In this document: in pieces, positions 58,509-64,000 of the stretch
How the letters are laid out: each line of letters starts with the position of its first letter
How positions within the stretch are numbered: position 1 is the first letter of the stretch
NCBI GenBank assembly: GCA_964016885.1
Contig: OZ024743.1
Span: 120,466,001 to 120,530,000 of the forward strand
Length of the DNA: 64,000 nucleotides
Reading direction: 5' to 3'
Source of the DNA: Eledone cirrhosa
Taxonomy: Eukaryota
Translations under genes and position numbers: made by a program
The notes under the pieces: generated by a model
Told to the model about the DNA's origin: nothing
Databases searched by the model: none
The model's input: only the letters and a program-made list of their open reading frames with translations

Positions 58509-59039
58509 AGCAGTTTTTTTGTGAGTCGTGAGTAATAGGCTATGACTCGGAATCACACAGCAAAGTGTCGAGGATGCATGCCGCATAGAAACTGATCTTA
58601 GTCTTTGTATTGAGCAGTTTGTTCTTCAATGAGCCTTTTTGTTAATTTTCAAATGTTACTGCTGACGTGTCTATTTTAATACTTATCTTTTGATCTTAAG
58701 ACACCGATGCTGGCATAGTAGAGGCGAAATATTAACTCATAAACACATACGAATAAGCATCTATTCAAAGTGAATATAAGCAGGCGCCGTGCTTCATTTT
58801 GAAAGGATAAATGTCTTCATTGTGCTGATATCCAGTGAAACGAGTTGCATGCTTAGGAAAGCTTGTCAATCATTTTTTCCGTACTCGACGATATGATCTG
58901 TAATTTAGTCAAAGGATAATGTGGTGCTCAGGTGAGGAAAATTTTCTAATACCTCGGGCGTTGAGTCCCGTTGTTCTTTCAGTAATATCTCAACACACAG
59001 GAACTAGTTTCTCAGGCTTTTCGCAAGCTAAGAAAGTAT

Positions 59040-59420
59040 ATAAGGCAATATAGAAAGATCAGCTCCTAACAAAAATTAAAATGTGGCAGTAAAGCCTTGA
59101 CCATTAAGAAAGATGAAACTAGACCATACTTTTTGAGATGCGATGGTTGAAGGCAATAGCAGAAGTAACCCTGAAAGACAGAAAAGCGAACGATGCAGTA
59201 AAATACGGATTAGAAGCCAAAATTACATTTATACATATCATGTTTGGATATGTTGTTCGCCAACAGGAGATATATAGGAAATACCGAGTATTCAACAGAC
59301 ATTTCCAAGGCCCAAGAAAAAAGGGGCAGCCTATCGCAGCCTTGGCGAACCAATATCCTGGAAGGACCTGAAACTGTAGCTTATGGCGTGCGAACGACTA
59401 GTCAAGAATCTAGTCCAATG
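59040..59420 (+). mobile_element. RTE LINE C-terminal fragment
   Basis: FEMRWLKAIAEVTLKDRKANDAV..FGYVVR..GPRKKGQP..W. Confidence 0.7.
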
Positions 59421-59699
59421 CAGGCAACACACACACACGCACACACTCCCACACACACACACACGCACACACTCCCACACACACACACACGCACACACTC
59501 CCACACACACACACACGCACACACTCCCCCACACACACACACGCACACACTCCCACACACACACACACGCACACACACACATACACGCTTATATATATAT
59601 ATATGCGTGTGTGTCTATATGTATCTCTCCTCTCTATATATAAATTTATATATATATATTTATATATATACATATATATATATATATGTATATATATGT

Positions 59700-59770
<71 letters not shown>

Positions 59771-59773
<3 letters not shown>

Positions 59774-59833
59774 ACGTTTCAAATGTTGCCAATTATATAT
59801 ATATATATATAATTGGCAACATTTGAGACGTAC
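59771..59833. repeat. Inverted repeat enclosing (TA)n
   Basis: tgtacgtttcaaatgttgccaatt-(AT)n-aattggcaacatttgagacgtaca. Confidence 0.85.
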
Positions 59834-60202
59834 ACCCACATGCATATATTAAATACAATTTGCATTTTGGCATATTTACACGCGCTTTGAAGTGTTTGGA
59901 AAGATGTCCCCCTCTCCACATGTACTTACATAGAAACTAATGAACACCAACATATACTAATCTATTATACAATTTTACAAGATCACACATACTTGCCTGT
60001 ATACATAAATACTTATTAGTGTTAGGCGGCAAGCAGTATGTCACTATGTGCAGATAATTTACACAATTCTATTCTTTTCACAGTTATGGAAAATATAAAC
60101 TCATAAAAAAAAGAAACCCACGCACAAAAGAAGATAAACATCTTTTTAAAAATATGTACATATAAAAGAACATGTCGAATATATATATATATATATATAT
60201 AA

Positions 60203-60357
60203 TATAGAAATGGCTTCTACAGGACTAGAACTGTTTCATTCGGGAGAAATCATCAGAAAGCAGTCCTGTAGAAGCCATTTCTATATTAAATATTTATACT
60301 TTGTTATGTATTGAGAGTACCTTACTGTGGTTACCCCGATTGAACCTGGGATAAACA
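60203..60357. mobile_element. Family B element with an intact hammerhead on the minus strand (60213-60261) and tail on the plus arm
   Basis: Minus strand: gcttt-CTGATGA-T TTC tccc GAA T-GAAA-CAG ttctagtc CTG-TA-gaagc. Confidence 0.82.
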
Positions 60358-60364
60358 TATATAT

Positions 60365-60429
<65 letters not shown>

Positions 60430-60446
60430 TATACCTATATATATAA

Positions 60447-60640
60447 TGATTTCAAATATATGCAAATGGCCAGCAATTATGGGGGGCGGCTAGAATTATG
60501 GAGTGGTATTTTATCGACCCTGGAATGATGAAAGGGCAAAAACAACCCCGTAGGGATTTGAACAAAGAATGTGAAGAGCCGGAAGAAATTCCACAATGTT
60601 CTTCGCATGATCACCTAACAATTATGCACATCCACCACCC
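60447..60640 (-). mobile_element. Degenerate SINE
   Basis: ggtattttatcgaccctggaatgatgaaagggcaaa..gggatttgaac. Confidence 0.65.
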
Positions 60641-60683
60641 TAGAATATATATATATATATATCTATATATCTATATATATATA

Positions 60684-60893
60684 ATTGTTTCTACTTTAGG
60701 CACAAGGCCAGCAATTTTGGGAGAGGCGAAAGTCGATTAAATCGACTCCAGTGCATTACGGGTACTTTATTTTATCGACCCCGTAAGAATGAAAGGCAAA
60801 GCTAACCTCGGCGGGTTTCAATACAGAACGTAAAGGGCCGTAACTCTATGCCACAGAGCATGGTGTCTGACGATACCGCCAACCCAGCGCCCT
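60684..60893 (-). mobile_element. tRNA-derived SINE
   Basis: Same family as 3617-3830. Confidence 0.88.
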
Positions 60894-61372
60894 CATATAT
60901 ATACATATATAATAAGTAGAGTTATGTTTGATAGATGTCGAAGAGGGAAAGAGAGAGGAAGAGGAAGAAAAGGGATATCATAAGAAGGAGGAAGGGATAT
61001 AAGAACGAAGAGAGAGTGTGTAGTAGGGGTAAGAGAAAATAATTGCTAAATATCAAGGATAGGAAGAAGGATACAGGTATTAAGGCAGAAATAATGAAGA
61101 TAGAAGACTAGGAATAAGTGGTGCCGAATCAGTGGGTGGTATTATCAGTGGGGTGCGTTACATATTCTATTTCATGTTTACAATATAAAATACAAGTGAG
61201 ATTTCCAATTTATGTACTCTAATCACGTGACATTAATGGTATTTTTAGAGCATTCCATTGAATACCATAACAATTCTATAAACGCGTCTGTATTTTTTAA
61301 TATCAGTTAGAAAATTGCTTTGGGATGAATGTTTAGGAACTCAAGTAGGTATATATATATATATGCGGTCAT

Positions 61373-61449
<77 letters not shown>

Positions 61450-62099
61450 ACACATACACACAAATATATATATATATAGTTATATAGTTCAAGGAGACAA
61501 CAAGCAGATGTACAAAAAGTCTTATTGGTTTCACGCTTTATATGGAAAAGGGGAGGAGAAATGAAAGTTCGAATTGTCGGGCTTTAACCCAACTTCAAGA
61601 GTACAAAAATAGAGACAGGATAACAAAGGAGATACAGAAAATAAAGATAGTCCAAGTAAAGAAAAAATATCGGAAACAAATTTATATATATATATTATAT
61701 ATGTATGACCCTATGAATTGCCTTAAATTGAACAGAAATAAATCTATACCAAACTATTGATATCTTCGAAATCAAGCAGAAGCAATCACAAACATACATT
61801 CGACCCCAATCACAAGTCATATACCTCAAAAGACAAAAGTATAAATCAGATACGTCCTTCAAAACCACCCATCAACACTTTCAGTATAACAACAGCCAGC
61901 CTGCATTTATACATAAGTGGTCCACGGACGTCATCAGGCTGCAACTGTTGTATTACGTAGTTTATGAATACACACACACACACACACACACATAGAGATA
62001 CCAGTAATCGAACTCATAAAAAAGGGATACTTTTGTTTACAAATGTATGTATATGCATGTATGTATGCATTTATGTATGTATGTATGTATGTATGTATG

Positions 62100-62193
62100 T
62101 TTTCTCTTTCTCTTAATTTCGAGTATATTTTTTTGACCGGCCACCTTCCTGGTGGCAAGGTTGTAAAAGAAAAGAAATTGTCATCCCTTGAAT
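62100..62193 (-). mobile_element. Second young 3'-end copy of the R4/Dong-like LINE inside (TATG)n
   Basis: Near-identical reverse complement of 42820-42911. Confidence 0.8.
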
Positions 62194-62299
62194 GTATGTA
62201 TGTATGTATGTATGTATGTATGTATGTATGTATGTATGTATGTATGTATGCATGTATGTATGTATATTTGTACGTTCGTATGCGTGTCTATGATTATTC

Positions 62300-63560
62300 T
62301 TAAATAATGTTTCTATGTGTGGATGTGTGATTTGGAGGATGCGGGACAGTTTACTTTCTTTTTCTTAGAAAATTCCAACGTTTGCAAGCTTTTTTAAAAA
62401 ACCTGCTATAGGGCTCCCTTTATACAAATATATTGTCAGGATATAAACTTGGATAGAAGAGTTGTAAGATCTGGATTAGATTACCATAGATGTTTTCTTA
62501 TTCCTCAATCTTAGTCGATACATTCACATCCATTGGAAAACTGACCCCGACAAATGTGTATGACCTTTGTTTCCTGTTTCACCGAACCATATCTGGTCTA
62601 TTTTGTTTGCACCGGATTGCTGTTTTGTTAATGTTCTACCAGCAGTCTTTATTTTTAAAGCCATCAATATACTCTTGTTATGGTGGGCTTTTGGCATAAC
62701 CGCCAGGGCAATCTTTCCTGCAGATAATATTGCAAATAATGTTCGCAACCATGGAGAGAAAGTACCCTGCAGATATTTTTGGAGAGTTGCTGATGATTTG
62801 GGTGATATCTTCCACACTGGTTTGACAAAATCGACATTTTATATTACACTTTAGGGATTTGGAGACGAAACTGTTTTTCTAATTGATCAGCAATTTTGTA
62901 GCTAACTGCTCTTCTTGGATAGAGAAAGCGTGTCCTTCCAGGTTGGATGTGATGTATTTATTATAGGTCTAGGAAAGGATAGTCTTTCTGTCAATATTGT
63001 TGGTTACCTCTGGCTTGCAGGTTGTTTGCAATACCGACGATGCATATGATTCACTCGAATTTCCATAATATTCCAGCAGATATTGTTTGTGTGATACAAT
63101 GTGACATACAAAAAGCGTTTGAACAGATCTTATGCTTCTACTTTCATCCCTGTTTTAATATAGATCGTGTCTGTTAGTGGCACTATCAATGTAGAACTAA
63201 CCAGTGAGTCTTGATATCGAAACTGCGGATCTTATCACGTATCCAGTTTAATATCTCATGTGTTGGTATTATATCTGGAATTGGAAGAGTATTATGGGCA
63301 CTGGTTTTGTTGAATATTGACACATCTGACGGTCATTCAATTCGAAGTCTAATGAGATATTTATTGGTAAATCTAGCACCACTCATAAACATTCTCACCA
63401 TTGATATTTATATTGTCTTTCTGGTCGATGATTTCTCCCCGGTTGACTGCCAAATATGAGCACTTGTCTTAATTAAACTCCTTCACTATATGTCATGAGG
63501 ATACTGCGATCTTGATCTGTCGCTTGATGCTTTGAGTATTACCCGAATAAAGTCTTTGAT
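62300..63560 (-). mobile_element. Decayed R4/Dong-like LINE 3' half (RT thumb, CCHC finger, restriction-like endonuclease)
   Basis: Minus strand: FNKTSAHN..ILNW..FDIKT; KCRFCQTSVEDITQIISNSPKIS; CKQNRPDMV..VGVSFPMDVNVSTKIEE*ENIYGNL. Confidence 0.82.
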
Positions 63561-63609
63561 TGTTTACAACACGTATCCGTAAACACAAACACAAACACAA
63601 ACACAGACC

Positions 63610-63675
<66 letters not shown>

Positions 63676-64000
63676 GCGTACACCCAAACATATTAACACA
63701 TATATACTTAAATGCTTCACAAAATAGATACGTATGCACATACATGCATACATATATGAACACACATACATATATAAACACACACATATACATACGTAAA
63801 CACAAATGCACAATACACATATACGCACAAACATACATGCATACATATGTACGTACATATGTATTTAGATTAATACATGCATAAATACATACATGTATAT
63901 ATGTTTATAAGCATGTACGCATACATTCTTACGTTTTAGCTAAAGACAATTGGTACAGAAACTTCAATATGTACGTTGTATCAATGTATGTATTCAGTGC

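Overview
Eukaryotic (animal) genomic DNA that is very AT-rich and saturated with microsatellites ((TA)n, (CA)n, (TATG)n, (GA)n, trinucleotides). Its SINE content resembles octopod cephalopods (inference). Almost all long ORFs in the track are microsatellite translation artefacts. Real content: (1) one plausible signal-peptide-encoding first exon (34594-34669, +) downstream of a CpG-rich patch; (2) decayed retrotransposons: RTE LINEs, a 5'-truncated Neptune-like Penelope element with inverted pseudo-LTRs, and five pieces of an R4/Dong-like restriction-endonuclease LINE, four of them abutting (CATA)n; (3) many tRNA-derived SINEs with TSDs and a few MITEs. (4) The most striking signal is about 30 short inserts from several families, mostly inside (TA)n tracts and often palindromic, that carry type I hammerhead ribozyme motifs or halves of them, as in Penelope pseudo-LTRs. 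Three have an intact catalytic core with all stems (26177-26219 +, 44513-44563 -, 60213-60261 -). One young ~120-230 bp fold-back family has about 12 well-preserved copies. All analysis was by eye, so coordinates of decayed elements are approximate.
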